DNA from: Abditibacterium sp.
GTDB lineage: Bacteria > Armatimonadota > Abditibacteriia > Abditibacteriales > Abditibacteriaceae
Direction of reading: 5' to 3'
DNA: 64,000 nt
Assembly: GCA_965199495.1 (NCBI GenBank)
Contig: CBDASK010000003.1
Coordinates: 2,944,001-3,008,000 of the forward strand
Under the pieces are notes generated by a model, which made no database searches, was not told where the DNA came from, and was given only the letters and a program-made list of their open reading frames with translations. Positions 19,305 through 28,804 of this stretch are shown in pieces (the stretch's first letter is position 1; every line of letters starts with the position of its first letter). A program made the translations under genes and the position numbers.

Positions 19305-20239
19305 TGTTGCATCTTCGAGCGAGCAAAATAATAGCCCAGACCGGCGCCTAACGCGGCCCAGCTCGAAAGTTCAAACGCCGAAGTGCGCCACAGCAATAGC
19401 GCCGCCGGTTGGAGAATCGGCATTTGAAACTGCGCGGCCAAAAACATCGTCGCCACGAACGCGATGACGAGCGGCGCCAGAATCACGTCGCCCGAACTGC
19501 CCAACGCGCGAAACGCGCGGCGCGCCACGAACGTCGCCACGAATAACGCCGCCATTGTCAGGAATCCGCACACAGCAGCCACGGCGGGGCCGGACGGCAA
19601 TTGATCCAAGCGCGGGTCGCCCAACGGCAATCCCAAAACGCCCAATATCATCAGCGCGAAGACGCCGCCGATAACCGTCGAAAGCGGGTACACGAACGCC
19701 GTCGAGAACGATTTGAGGCCGTTGCCCGCCAAATCGTCGTCGCTAACGGGCGCTTCTTCGATTATATCTTTGCGGCGGCGCGCCCAGAACCAACTGACCG
19801 CCGACGCGACGATGAGCGCGAAAGCCACGCTCAAACTCTGCGAAATCGCGTTGGAAAAAACCAAACGTTCGCGCGCGCCAGCGGGAAATCCGCCGCCGAC
19901 AATCGCCAGATATTGGCCCTGCGCGCTAAAGTGCAACGACAAACCCCACAACGCCCAGCCCAACGCGCACGCCGTGGCTGCCAATGGCCCGTGGAAGCGT
20001 CGCCCCAAAACCGCCGTCGCGATGCCGCCCGCCATCGCCGAAGTCGCCAGACCCTTGAAGACGTTGGCGCCCGTGCGCTCGAACGGCGACCAAACTTCGG
20101 CGGCGCCAAATTTGAGCAACGCCAACACCACCATCGTCACGATGGCGCCGCCCGCGAGCGGCACAAGGTAGTCGAAAACCGAAGCCGCGACGGGCGCGGG
20201 CGCGGCGGATTTGGCAATTTTAGTTTTGGATTTAGACAT
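19301..20239 (-). CDS. Hypothetical multi-pass membrane protein
   Basis: About 8 hydrophobic segments; stop overlaps nnr start (ATGA). Confidence 0.75.
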   Translation of the reverse strand: MSKSKTKIAKSAAPAPVAASVFDYLVPLAGGAIVTMVVLALLKFGAAEVWSPFERTGANVFKGLATSAMAGGIATAVLGRRFHGPLAATACALGWALWGLSLHFSAQGQYLAIVGGGFPAGARERLVFSNAISQSLSVAFALIVASAVSWFWARRRKDIIEEAPVSDDDLAGNGLKSFSTAFVYPLSTVIGGVFALMILGVLGLPLGDPRLDQLPSGPAVAAVCGFLTMAALFVATFVARRAFRALGSSGDVILAPLVIAFVATMFLAAQFQMPILQPAALLLWRTSAFELSSWAALGAGLGYYFARSKMQQ

Positions 20240-20251
20240 TCTTTGAAACAG

Positions 20252-20395
20252 TTAGCCACAGAAGACACAGAGAACGCTCACAAAAATACAGAAAGAAAGA
20301 AGAAAATTTAAATAAAACAATAATGATTTTATGAGTTCTTGCCCGCTTCACGCTTTCTGTGTTTCTCTGGCGTTCTCTGTGTCTTCTGTGGCTAA
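20252..20395. repeat. Inverted-repeat element, family C
   Basis: ttagccacagaagacacagagaacgc ... gcgttctctgtgtcttctgtggctaa. Confidence 0.9.
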
Positions 20396-20400
20396 AAAAT

Positions 20401-21384
20401 TTATGCGTATTGCTGCAACAATGCGCTTGCCGCCGCCACGATTTTGGCGGCGTCGGGCAGGGCGGCGCGCTCCAAAACGTCGGCGCAGGGAATCGGCGTG
20501 TCGGCGCCCGCCACGCGGCGAATCGGCGCTTGCAGAAAGTCGAAGCACTCTTCCATCACGCGCGCTGCGACTTCGGCGGAAACGCCCGCCGTCTGACAAT
20601 CTTCCGCGACGACAATCGCGCGGCCCGTCTTCTCGACGCTGGCGGCGACAGTATCAATATCCAATGGCGCCAAAGTCCGTAAATCAATCACTTCGCATTC
20701 GATGCCGCTCTGCGCCAAAATCTCGGCGGCTTTCAAACATTCCACCGTCATGCGCGAATACGCAATCAGCGTCAAATGCGTGCCTTGGCGCGCGACGGCG
20801 GCTTCGCCGAGCGGAACCGTATAACTCTCTTCGGGCACCGGCCCGCGCACGCCGTAGAGCAGTTTCGATTCGATGAAAACAACCGGATTCGGATCGCGAA
20901 TCGCCGAAATCAGCAAACCTTTGGCGTCGTGCGCATTCGAGGGCGCGACGACTTTGAGGCCGGGCGCGTGCATAAACCACGCTTCCAAACTCTGCGAATG
21001 CGTCGGGCCGTAGTTGCGGCCACCGCCTGCGGGCGTGCGAATCACCATCGGCACGGTGCATTGATTGCCATACATATAATGAAACTTCGCCGCGTGATTG
21101 ACCAATTGATCCATCGCCAAAGTGATGAAATCCTGAAACATAATATCCACGATGGGCCGCAGTCCCGTAATCGCCGCGCCAACGCCGACGCCGACGATGG
21201 AGTTTTCGGAAATCGGCGTATTGCGCACGCGCGCAGGGCCGAACTGCTCGACCAAACCCTGCGTGACTTTAAAGGCGCCGCCATAACCGGCGATGTCTTC
21301 GCCTAAAATAAACACGGACGGATCGGCTTCCATTTCTTGAGCAATGGCCTCGCGGATGGCGTGAGAAAAATAGATTTCGCGCAT
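20401..21384 (-). CDS. Alpha-ketoacid dehydrogenase E1 beta subunit (PdhB/AcoB family)
   Basis: GEDI..YGGAF, NTPISE, DQLVN, GPTHSQ, PGLKVV, DLRTLAPLD. Confidence 0.93.
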   Translation of the reverse strand: MREIYFSHAIREAIAQEMEADPSVFILGEDIAGYGGAFKVTQGLVEQFGPARVRNTPISENSIVGVGVGAAITGLRPIVDIMFQDFITLAMDQLVNHAAKFHYMYGNQCTVPMVIRTPAGGGRNYGPTHSQSLEAWFMHAPGLKVVAPSNAHDAKGLLISAIRDPNPVVFIESKLLYGVRGPVPEESYTVPLGEAAVARQGTHLTLIAYSRMTVECLKAAEILAQSGIECEVIDLRTLAPLDIDTVAASVEKTGRAIVVAEDCQTAGVSAEVAARVMEECFDFLQAPIRRVAGADTPIPCADVLERAALPDAAKIVAAASALLQQYA

Positions 21385-21444
21385 AATGTTTCGCTTTTCG
21401 AGAGATTTAGTTTAAAAGAGTGGCGCGATGGGTATAATTCTAAT

Positions 21445-22026
21445 ATGAAACATAAAGCCTTCACTTTAATAGAAGCCATCGTCGTCGTGGCAATAACCGG
21501 CATTTTGGCCGCGATTTTAACGCCGGTTTTCTCGCGCACGTATTGTAGCGCGCGGACTTCGAGTTGTCAATCGAATCTCAAGCAAATTGGGCTGGCGTTT
21601 TTGCAATACGCGCAGGATTATGACGAGAAATTTCCGCCCGTTGCCAACGCGCGCGCCGGATATTGGGCGGGTTCGCTGCAACCTTACATCAAAAGCTGGG
21701 AAGTTTTCCAGTGTCCGTCCGAGCCAAAACATCAAGCGAAAACGACCGATTATTTTTACAACGCGCGGTTGGCGAATGTCCAACAGAAAAAGTTGGTTTC
21801 GCCAACTGCTACCCTTTTGGCGGGCGATGGCGCGGGCGATCAATTGACACTTTATCATCTCAATCAATTGCCTAAAGCGTGGCGCACCGACCCGAAATCT
21901 CCGGCGTGGCGTCATTTGGATTCAGCCAATTATTTGTTCGCCGACGGACACGCCAAATTATTGAAACCCGAACAAATCACGCTCAATAAACCTGCCTTGG
22001 GAAAGCCGACATTTCTGGTGAAATAA
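21445..22026 (+). CDS. Prepilin-type N-terminal cleavage / DUF1559 / H-X9-DG protein, copy 1
   Basis: KAFTLIE, CQSNLKQIGLA..QYAQDYDE, FQCPS, HLDSANYLFADGH. Confidence 0.92.
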   Translation: MKHKAFTLIEAIVVVAITGILAAILTPVFSRTYCSARTSSCQSNLKQIGLAFLQYAQDYDEKFPPVANARAGYWAGSLQPYIKSWEVFQCPSEPKHQAKTTDYFYNARLANVQQKKLVSPTATLLAGDGAGDQLTLYHLNQLPKAWRTDPKSPAWRHLDSANYLFADGHAKLLKPEQITLNKPALGKPTFLVK

Positions 22027-22029
22027 ATC

Positions 22030-22620
22030 ATGAAACACAAAGCCTTTACTTGGGTAGAATTCGCTGTTGTTGTAGCGCTTTTAATCATTCTGCCGACGAC
22101 TTACTTTCTGTTTTTGGTGGGGGGGCACGGATCGGGATCGCGGCGTTCAAGTTGTCAATCGAATCTCAAGCAAATCGGCATGGGCTTTCTGATGTATGCG
22201 CAAGATTATAACGAGAAGTTCCCCGCCGTGGCTGCTTCGGACGGCTGGACAAACGCGGTGCAACCTTACGTCAAATCATGGCAAATTTTCCATTGCCCCT
22301 CGGCTTCATCGAACCGAGGTGAACACACGACCGATTACTATTACAACGCACGTTTGTCTGGCGTGAAACAAGGACAAATTGAAGCTCTCGAACTTTCGAT
22401 TCTCATGGCCGATGGCCTGAGCGGACAACCCGCCGATTACTCGTTGATGCAATTGCCCGCCGCGTGGCGCACCGACGAAAAATCTCCGGCGTGGCGTCAT
22501 ACCGGAACTGCCAACTACCTTTTCAGTGATGGCCACGCCAAACCGCTCAAACCGGAAAAAATTACGCTCGATAAACCACGCGCGGGCCATCCAACATTTT
22601 TATTGGGCAGGAGCCAATGA
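22030..22620 (+). CDS. Prepilin-type DUF1559 / H-X9-DG protein, copy 2
   Basis: KAFTWVE, CQSNLKQIG, HTGTANYLFSDGH. Confidence 0.92.
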   Translation: MKHKAFTWVEFAVVVALLIILPTTYFLFLVGGHGSGSRRSSCQSNLKQIGMGFLMYAQDYNEKFPAVAASDGWTNAVQPYVKSWQIFHCPSASSNRGEHTTDYYYNARLSGVKQGQIEALELSILMADGLSGQPADYSLMQLPAAWRTDEKSPAWRHTGTANYLFSDGHAKPLKPEKITLDKPRAGHPTFLLGRSQ

Positions 22621-23207
22621 TGAAACACAGAGCCTTTACAATCTGGGAAGTTTTAATTATCGTCGCGGTTCTCTCTATCGCGGCGGCGATTCTGTTTCCA
22701 ACGGGCAGTCGTGGCCGCGAAAACGCGCGACGTTCGAGTTGTCAGTCCAATCTCAAGCAAATCGGTTTGGCGTTCGCGCAATACACCAAAGATTACGACG
22801 ATAAATTTCCTCCTCTTGCCAATGTGTCGGGCGTTGGCAGCACGCAATTGACGCCTTACATTGGCGAACACGAAGTTTTTCAGTGTCCTTCTGCCAGTGG
22901 CTCTGCCTCTGGCTCAACCGATTACTTTTACAACGCACGTTTGGCGCGCGCGGATCGGGTCAAAATCGCCAATCCCAACACACACGTCAGCGCTATTATT
23001 CTCGCAGGAGACGGAGAAGATGATCAAGACTCGTCTTACCATTTGTCGCAATTGCCCGCCGCGTGGCGCAAAGACGAAAAATCTCCGGCGTGGCGTCATT
23101 TGGATACGGGCAATTATTTGTTCGTTGACGGCCACGCCAAAGCCTATCGCGCCGACAAAATCTTCGGCGCGCGCGATGCAGCCACGCCGACCTTCGAGGT
23201 GAAATAA
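22617..23207 (+). CDS. Prepilin-type DUF1559 / H-X9-DG protein, copy 3
   Basis: RAFTIWE, RENARRSSCQSNLKQ, HLDTGNYLFVDGH. Confidence 0.92.
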   Translation: MMKHRAFTIWEVLIIVAVLSIAAAILFPTGSRGRENARRSSCQSNLKQIGLAFAQYTKDYDDKFPPLANVSGVGSTQLTPYIGEHEVFQCPSASGSASGSTDYFYNARLARADRVKIANPNTHVSAIILAGDGEDDQDSSYHLSQLPAAWRKDEKSPAWRHLDTGNYLFVDGHAKAYRADKIFGARDAATPTFEVK

Positions 23208-23210
23208 ACC

Positions 23211-23801
23211 ATGAAACGCAAAGCGTTTACTCTGACGGAAGTTTTCTTAGTTATCGCAATTCCGGCGATTGCAACTTTGGTGCTTTTCCCATTTTTTACG
23301 CGTTCGCGCGAGACTGATTGTCGTCCGAGTTGCATATCTAATCTCAAGCAGATTTCGCTGGGATTGCTGCAATATACGCAAGATTACGACGAGAAATTCC
23401 CGCCAGCCAAAAACACAGTCGGTGGTTGGGCCGATTTGGTTTTTCCTTACGTCAAATCCACGCAGATTTTTCAGTGTCCCAACGACAGAAGCGGCGCTAA
23501 CAAAACTTCCGATTATTTCTACAACGCACGCTTATCGGGCGTTTCGATGGGAAAACTTGCGGTGCCCAATTTCACGATCTCGCTCGGCGACGGCTTGCTC
23601 AATCAACCGTTCGACGCCAATCTGTCGCAGTTACCCGCGAGTTGGATCCGCGATTCCAATTCTCCGGCCCATCGCCATCTTGACGGCGCCAATTACGCCT
23701 TCGCTGATGGCCACGTCAAATGGTATGAGCCGCGTAATATCACGCTCGACAAACCGGGTAAAAACAATCCGACGTTTTTGTTGGGGAGCATCCGACCATG
23801 A
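23211..23801 (+). CDS. Prepilin-type DUF1559 / H-X9-DG protein, copy 4
   Basis: KAFTLTE, CISNLKQ, HLDGANYAFADGH. Confidence 0.92.
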   Translation: MKRKAFTLTEVFLVIAIPAIATLVLFPFFTRSRETDCRPSCISNLKQISLGLLQYTQDYDEKFPPAKNTVGGWADLVFPYVKSTQIFQCPNDRSGANKTSDYFYNARLSGVSMGKLAVPNFTISLGDGLLNQPFDANLSQLPASWIRDSNSPAHRHLDGANYAFADGHVKWYEPRNITLDKPGKNNPTFLLGSIRP

Positions 23802-24400
23802 AACATTGCGCTTTTACCGCCATCGAACTTGTCGTTGTCGTCGCGATAATCGGCATTTTGGCGGCGATTTTGTTCCCAGTTTTCGCTCGCACGCACTGCG
23901 ACGACAGACCGAGTTATTGTCGCTCTAATCTCAAGCAAATCGCGCTGGCGTGGCAGCAATACGCGCTTGATTACAACCAAATCGCGCCGACTTTAATAAC
24001 CAACGGCCAGTTTTACGGCTGGAGCGACGCGCTCACGGTTTACGGCGTCAACGCCAAAGGGTTTCATTGTCCGTCCAATCGCGCCGCGCCCGCGACCAAT
24101 CCTATCGCGCCCGGCTACTGCGATTATTGGACAAACTCGCGTTTAGCTGGACGTTCGCTCAAAATCGTCGTTTTCCCGGCGCGCACCATTGCTTTTGGCG
24201 AAGGCGAAAACGGCGACGCGCGCTACGCACTTTCGCATCTGCCGCGAAATTGGCGTAACGCGCCAACGTCGCCCGCCTTTCGTCATCGCGAAGGCGCCAA
24301 TTATCTGTTCGCCGATGGCCACGCGCAGTGGTTGCGGCCCGAAAAAGTGACGGTTGCTAAACCGGGCGCGGGCCAAGCGACGTTTGTGGCGAACTGGTAG
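23798..24400 (+). CDS. Prepilin-type DUF1559 / H-X9-DG protein, copy 5
   Basis: CAFTAIELVVVVAIIGILAAILFPVF, CRSNLKQ, HREGANYLFADGH. Confidence 0.92.
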   Translation: MKHCAFTAIELVVVVAIIGILAAILFPVFARTHCDDRPSYCRSNLKQIALAWQQYALDYNQIAPTLITNGQFYGWSDALTVYGVNAKGFHCPSNRAAPATNPIAPGYCDYWTNSRLAGRSLKIVVFPARTIAFGEGENGDARYALSHLPRNWRNAPTSPAFRHREGANYLFADGHAQWLRPEKVTVAKPGAGQATFVANW

Positions 24401-24579
24401 AGTTTTGGGCGTTGGCACATTGGCATCTGCAAAGTGGCGAACCCGAACTCGATGGCCTCGCTTCGACGGTGTTCACTTTGTTGTTGACACAAAATTTTTA
24501 CAAAAGACGTGAATTTTTCTTCGCTATCAGCTAAGATAAAATTGCTTGGTAAATCAAGCAAAATTAAAGGAGAAAAACA

Positions 24580-24807
24580 ATGGCCAAATGTCACTATTGT
24601 GATGGAACCGGAAAGTTCAAAGACGCTCGGTGTGCTGGACGCGGGCAGGTGCGTTGCGAAACTTGCAACGGGAGCGGTAAAGACACGGTTTTGGGAATAG
24701 AGCGCACCTGTCCGCGTTGTGGCGGGAGCGGCGAAATGAGCTGCCCGGATTGCGGCGGTTCGGGGAAGATGACGTGCCCTAATTGCCACGGAAGTGGCGA
24801 AGAATAA
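24580..24807 (+). CDS. Small CxxCxGxG-repeat (DnaJ-type zinc finger) protein
   Basis: SD aaggaga; five CxxCxGxG repeats plus one DxxCxGxG. Confidence 0.85.
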   Translation: MAKCHYCDGTGKFKDARCAGRGQVRCETCNGSGKDTVLGIERTCPRCGGSGEMSCPDCGGSGKMTCPNCHGSGEE

Positions 24808-24999
24808 AAGCTTTTCCACGCGGTTTGTTACTTCCGCCATAGCGATGATTTTCTGCACAAAAATGTGCTGGCGAAATCATTTCCCAAGAGCCTGTTCTTC
24901 GCTGCGTTTAGAGTAACAAACCGTCTGGAGAGGCAAACGCTCTGGGTTTCGATGAGCGCAACCGATTTCGTCGGTCGAAGAGGGCGCGAACAAAACACG

Positions 25000-25032
25000 A
25001 AACGCTCCGCAGTTTCATCTGCGGAGCGTTTT
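25000..25032. terminator. Intrinsic terminator between convergent genes
   Basis: aaacgctccgcag-tttcat-ctgcggagcgtttt. Confidence 0.8.
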
Positions 25033-25052
25033 CAATTGACCAACAATTAATC

Positions 25053-26936
25053 TTAATTGGGCGCGTCAATCTCGCCAGCGACTTGTGTCGCCACGTCGGC
25101 GTCGTAGCTCGAATTATATTTTTCTTCGATGGCGGCGCGTTTGACTTGCGCGGCGCGAATCGGCGCGATGTCGAATTTCTCGCCCCGGTCGAAATCGTAG
25201 ATGCCGTTTTCTTCCTGAAAAACATCCGTCAACTGCGTGTAGCAGTAGCCGAACATATCGGGATTATCGAGCAAAACGGCGCACAAACCGTCGAAGCGAT
25301 GATAAAACTCTTCCAGCGATTGCGGCGATTTGCCGTAACCCCACGACGCTTTGCGGTCGGTGGCCAAACCGTCGGCCAGCTTTTTCGCTGCCGGATTCCA
25401 GTGAATGCCGCCGAACTCGCTCACAAAGTAGGGTTGGCCGCGATAGGCGATGGACATCGGTTTCTCTTTTTCTCCGTTGACGAACGGTTTGCCCTTGGCC
25501 AAACCCTGCTGGTTGCGGGCGAATTTTTTCGGGTCTTGTTCGTAATCGTGCGAATCGTAAACGTCGGTGTCTTGGACGCGGTGGCTGTAGCCCGATGCGT
25601 CCAAAACCGGACGCGTGGTGTCCATCAGTTTGGTCATCAAATAGAGCGCGTGCGCGGCATCGTCCAATTCGGTGATTTCATCGCGAATCGGTTGGTGCGT
25701 TTCGTTGAGCGGGCACCAACCGATGATGCTGGGATGCGAATAATCGCGTTCCAGACACTCGGCCCACTGCGCCGCGAAGGTAATTCCGTGATGTTGCGCG
25801 TTATTATCCACGCTCTGAAAGCGGCAACCCCAATCGCCAAACTCGCCCCACACCAAGTAGCCTAAACGGTCGGCATGATACAAAAAACGCTCCTCGAAAA
25901 CTTTCTGATGCAAACGCGCGCCATTGAAACCGGCTTCCATCGAAAGCTGGATGTCCTCGACCAAAGCCGCGTCCGAAGGCGCCGTCATGATGCCGTCGGG
26001 ATAATAGCCCTGATCTAAAACCAAACGCTGAAACACGACTTCGCCGTTGATGCGAATCGCCTTGCCGTCAATGGCGGTCGAGCGCAGACCGGCGTAGGAA
26101 CTGGCTTTGTCCACAACTTGGCCGTCGGCGTCGAGCAGTTCGATGTCGATGTCGTAAAGCGTCGGACTGCCCGGCGCCCACAAATGACGGCGATTTTCGG
26201 GAATCTCTAAATCCAATCGCGGCGTCAAATCGTAGCCTAAATCGGCGGTTTGCGTCGTAATAACGCCGTCTCTATCTTTCAAAGTGGCGCGCACTTTGAG
26301 GTCGGGATTGCCAGCAGCCACGCGCTGTTCGAGGCGAAAGCGCCCGGCGCTGACTTCGGGCGTGATGCGCGGTCGCAACAGATGCGCTTTAGGCACCGGT
26401 TCCATCCACACGGTCTGCCAGATGCCGGTCGTGCGCGTATAAAGACAGCCGTGATTCTCGAAGCGCTGCGACTGTTTGCCGCGCGGCTTAGGCGTTTCGT
26501 TATCGTCGCGCGCGCGCACGCAAATCTCAATTTCTTCGCCGGGCTGGGCCAGTTCAAAAAGCGGGCAGGTGAAGGGCGAAAACCCGCCGCGATGTTTGCC
26601 GACTTCGACGCCGTTGACCCACACGGTCGCATCGTAATCCACGGCGCCAAAGTGCAGCAGCACGGTTTTTCCTTTCCAATCGGCGGGAATTTGAACGCGC
26701 TTTTTATACCAGACGGCGGGCATGAAATCGACGTAACCCAAACCCGACAGCGACGATTCGGGGCAAAATGGGACGGTGATTTCTGAGGGCAAATCGTGGC
26801 CGAGTTGGTTGAGATTGCGGTTGAGGCCGGAATCGCCCGCATCCATTTCAAATTGCCATTGGCCGTTGAGGTTGTGCCAATCGGGGCGGACGAACTGCGG
26901 GCGCGGATATTCGGGACGGGGAATGGAGTTGGACAT
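25053..26936 (-). CDS. Glycoside hydrolase family 2 (beta-galactosidase/glucuronidase-like)
   Basis: PRPEYPRPQ, LHFGAVDY, GIWQTVW, LDQGYYPDG, HPSIIGW..NE, SEFGG. Confidence 0.92.
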   Translation of the reverse strand: MSNSIPRPEYPRPQFVRPDWHNLNGQWQFEMDAGDSGLNRNLNQLGHDLPSEITVPFCPESSLSGLGYVDFMPAVWYKKRVQIPADWKGKTVLLHFGAVDYDATVWVNGVEVGKHRGGFSPFTCPLFELAQPGEEIEICVRARDDNETPKPRGKQSQRFENHGCLYTRTTGIWQTVWMEPVPKAHLLRPRITPEVSAGRFRLEQRVAAGNPDLKVRATLKDRDGVITTQTADLGYDLTPRLDLEIPENRRHLWAPGSPTLYDIDIELLDADGQVVDKASSYAGLRSTAIDGKAIRINGEVVFQRLVLDQGYYPDGIMTAPSDAALVEDIQLSMEAGFNGARLHQKVFEERFLYHADRLGYLVWGEFGDWGCRFQSVDNNAQHHGITFAAQWAECLERDYSHPSIIGWCPLNETHQPIRDEITELDDAAHALYLMTKLMDTTRPVLDASGYSHRVQDTDVYDSHDYEQDPKKFARNQQGLAKGKPFVNGEKEKPMSIAYRGQPYFVSEFGGIHWNPAAKKLADGLATDRKASWGYGKSPQSLEEFYHRFDGLCAVLLDNPDMFGYCYTQLTDVFQEENGIYDFDRGEKFDIAPIRAAQVKRAAIEEKYNSSYDADVATQVAGEIDAPN

Positions 26937-27055
26937 GAAAAAACGGCGCCCACAGCGAAATTGGGCGCGCCTGACTAAACGTGAAGCGGAAGCGGTGTTT
27001 TAGGATACCAACGCGGTCAAAATTGGCAAGTCCTTTTGCTAAATCTATTTTGCAA

Positions 27056-27805
27056 TTAATCGAGCAACTGCGGCAAAATCTCTTCGGCGCGCCCCAGATA
27101 TTCTTCGCCGAAATACGGATTGCGCGTTTCCATCGGCGTCAAATTGACCATTATCGTGCGCGCCTTGTTATAAGCCGCGCCGCGCACAAACTCCGACGCC
27201 GGAGCCACAACGCCGCTCGTACCAATCGCCAGAAATAAATCGCAATCGCGCAACGCGCTTTTCACGCGATGCAAGGCATCCAAAGGCAACGCTTCGTTGA
27301 ACAAAGTAATATCGGGCCGCAAATATTCGCCGCAAATCGTGCAGCGCGGCACATTTTCCCATGTTGGATTGGCGACGAATTCGGCGTCGGGAACCCAATC
27401 GTCAACGAACGGTTTGGAAGCGCAACTTTCGTTGGTGCAGCGCGAGCGGCGCAAACTGCCGTGAATCTCGATAACGTCGCGGCTTCCGGCGCGTTGATGC
27501 AAACCGTCCACGTTTTGCGTGACGATGATGATTTCGCGGCCTTCGCGCCATTTGTCTTCCCAGTTGGCGAGCGTGACGTGCGCCGGGTTGGGCGCGAATT
27601 GCATTAAGCGACCGCGCGCGGCGCCGTGCGTCGCCCACATTTCGGGCAACAAAGTCGCGACGTTGCGACCATCAGCCACGCGCATGTAGGCGTCCGAAAT
27701 TTGACCCTGCGGCCCGCGAAACGTCGGGATGCCCGACGCCTGCGAAACGCCCGCGCCCGTCAAGACGACGATACATTGATAATTTTGGGTTTGCAGCGGT
27801 TGCAT
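27056..27805 (-). CDS. cobB: NAD-dependent protein deacylase (sirtuin)
   Basis: GAGVS..SGIPTFRG, TQNVDGLH, HGS, two Cys pairs, GTSGVV. Confidence 0.92.
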   Translation of the reverse strand: MQPLQTQNYQCIVVLTGAGVSQASGIPTFRGPQGQISDAYMRVADGRNVATLLPEMWATHGAARGRLMQFAPNPAHVTLANWEDKWREGREIIIVTQNVDGLHQRAGSRDVIEIHGSLRRSRCTNESCASKPFVDDWVPDAEFVANPTWENVPRCTICGEYLRPDITLFNEALPLDALHRVKSALRDCDLFLAIGTSGVVAPASEFVRGAAYNKARTIMVNLTPMETRNPYFGEEYLGRAEEILPQLLD

Positions 27806-27917
27806 ATCGGATGTCAGATGACGGATTTCGGACAATCGGATAGGTCGAAGCAAGTGAGATGTTACTCAACACTCTTCAACTTATCCGACTATCCGAAATC
27901 TGGTGTCCGTTATCTGG
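27806..27917. repeat. Inverted cluster of degenerate heptamer repeats (family H)
   Basis: atcggat gtcagat gacggat ttcggac ... mirrored by atccgact atccgaa atctgg tgtccg ttatctg. Confidence 0.7.
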
Positions 27918-28746
27918 AAGGCATATTCTCGACGCGAATCCAGAACAGTTTCGACCAATTTTTGCCCGTCACAAATACGCGTTTGCTGGCCGCGTCATAG
28001 GCGATGCCGTTCAACACGTCTTCCTGTCCGGTGCGGTCGGCGGCGCCCAGCAAGCCGGTCATGTCCAGTTCGTCCACGACTTTGCCATTGTTCGGATCGA
28101 TAATCACGATGTCATCGGTTTGCCAGACGTTAGCCCACGCGTAGCCGTCAATCCATTCGAGTTCGTTCAAGTTGCGCAGTGGCGCGCCGTCTTGCGTGAC
28201 TTTGAGCGTCTTTTTCGCCGCGAAGTTTTTGGTGTCGCGCCATGTCAAAACGTCGCTGCCGTCGCTTTGAATCAAATCGGTGCCATCGAAAGTCAAACCC
28301 CAACCTTCGTTTTGATAATTGAATTTGGCCAATGGTTTGAAAGTTTTGGCGTCGTAGGCAAAGCCGATTTTGGTTTGCCACGTCAGTTGATACAACCGGT
28401 CGCCCGCCAACGCCAGACCTTCGCCAAACAATTGTGGCGGCAAATTCACGCTTTTAATCGCCTGTCCCGATTGCAAATCCACGCGGCGCAGTTTCGACTG
28501 GCCTTCTAATCCGGTGCTTTCGTAGAGCGTGCCGTCGTGCCACAACAAACCCTCGGTAAACGAAGTCGGATCGTGGGGAAACGCTTTGATAATTGACCAA
28601 TCGAGCGTTACAACATTCGATTGTGAAACGGGTAGGGCGGGCGTTTGCAAGGGCACGCCCGGCGTGGCTGTTGGCGCCGCCGCAATCGGTTGGCGCGGCG
28701 CGCAACCGCCTATAAACAAAAGCGCGAGAAGAGAAAGACGATTCAC
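27910..28746 (-). CDS. Glutaminyl-peptide cyclotransferase lipoprotein
   Basis: Lipobox IGGC; PHD..FTEGL, ESTG, FGEG, EGWGL, SDGS, LNELE, VLNGIAYD. Confidence 0.93.
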   Translation of the reverse strand: MNRLSLLALLFIGGCAPRQPIAAAPTATPGVPLQTPALPVSQSNVVTLDWSIIKAFPHDPTSFTEGLLWHDGTLYESTGLEGQSKLRRVDLQSGQAIKSVNLPPQLFGEGLALAGDRLYQLTWQTKIGFAYDAKTFKPLAKFNYQNEGWGLTFDGTDLIQSDGSDVLTWRDTKNFAAKKTLKVTQDGAPLRNLNELEWIDGYAWANVWQTDDIVIIDPNNGKVVDELDMTGLLGAADRTGQEDVLNGIAYDAASKRVFVTGKNWSKLFWIRVENMPSR

Positions 28747-28804
28747 GATGGCGAGTTTAGAGCGATTAGGGCGCGCGAACGTTGCTTGCCTCAATACTTA
28801 ACGC

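Noticed and set aside
21445..24400. Diversity-generating retroelement acting on the prepilin-like array
   Set aside because: No reverse transcriptase in the window, no non-coding template repeat, and differences are not adenine-specific
26938..26972. Hairpin gcgccca...tgggcgc upstream of the GH2 gene
   Set aside because: Short stem abutting the start codon; could be a weak terminator but support is insufficient
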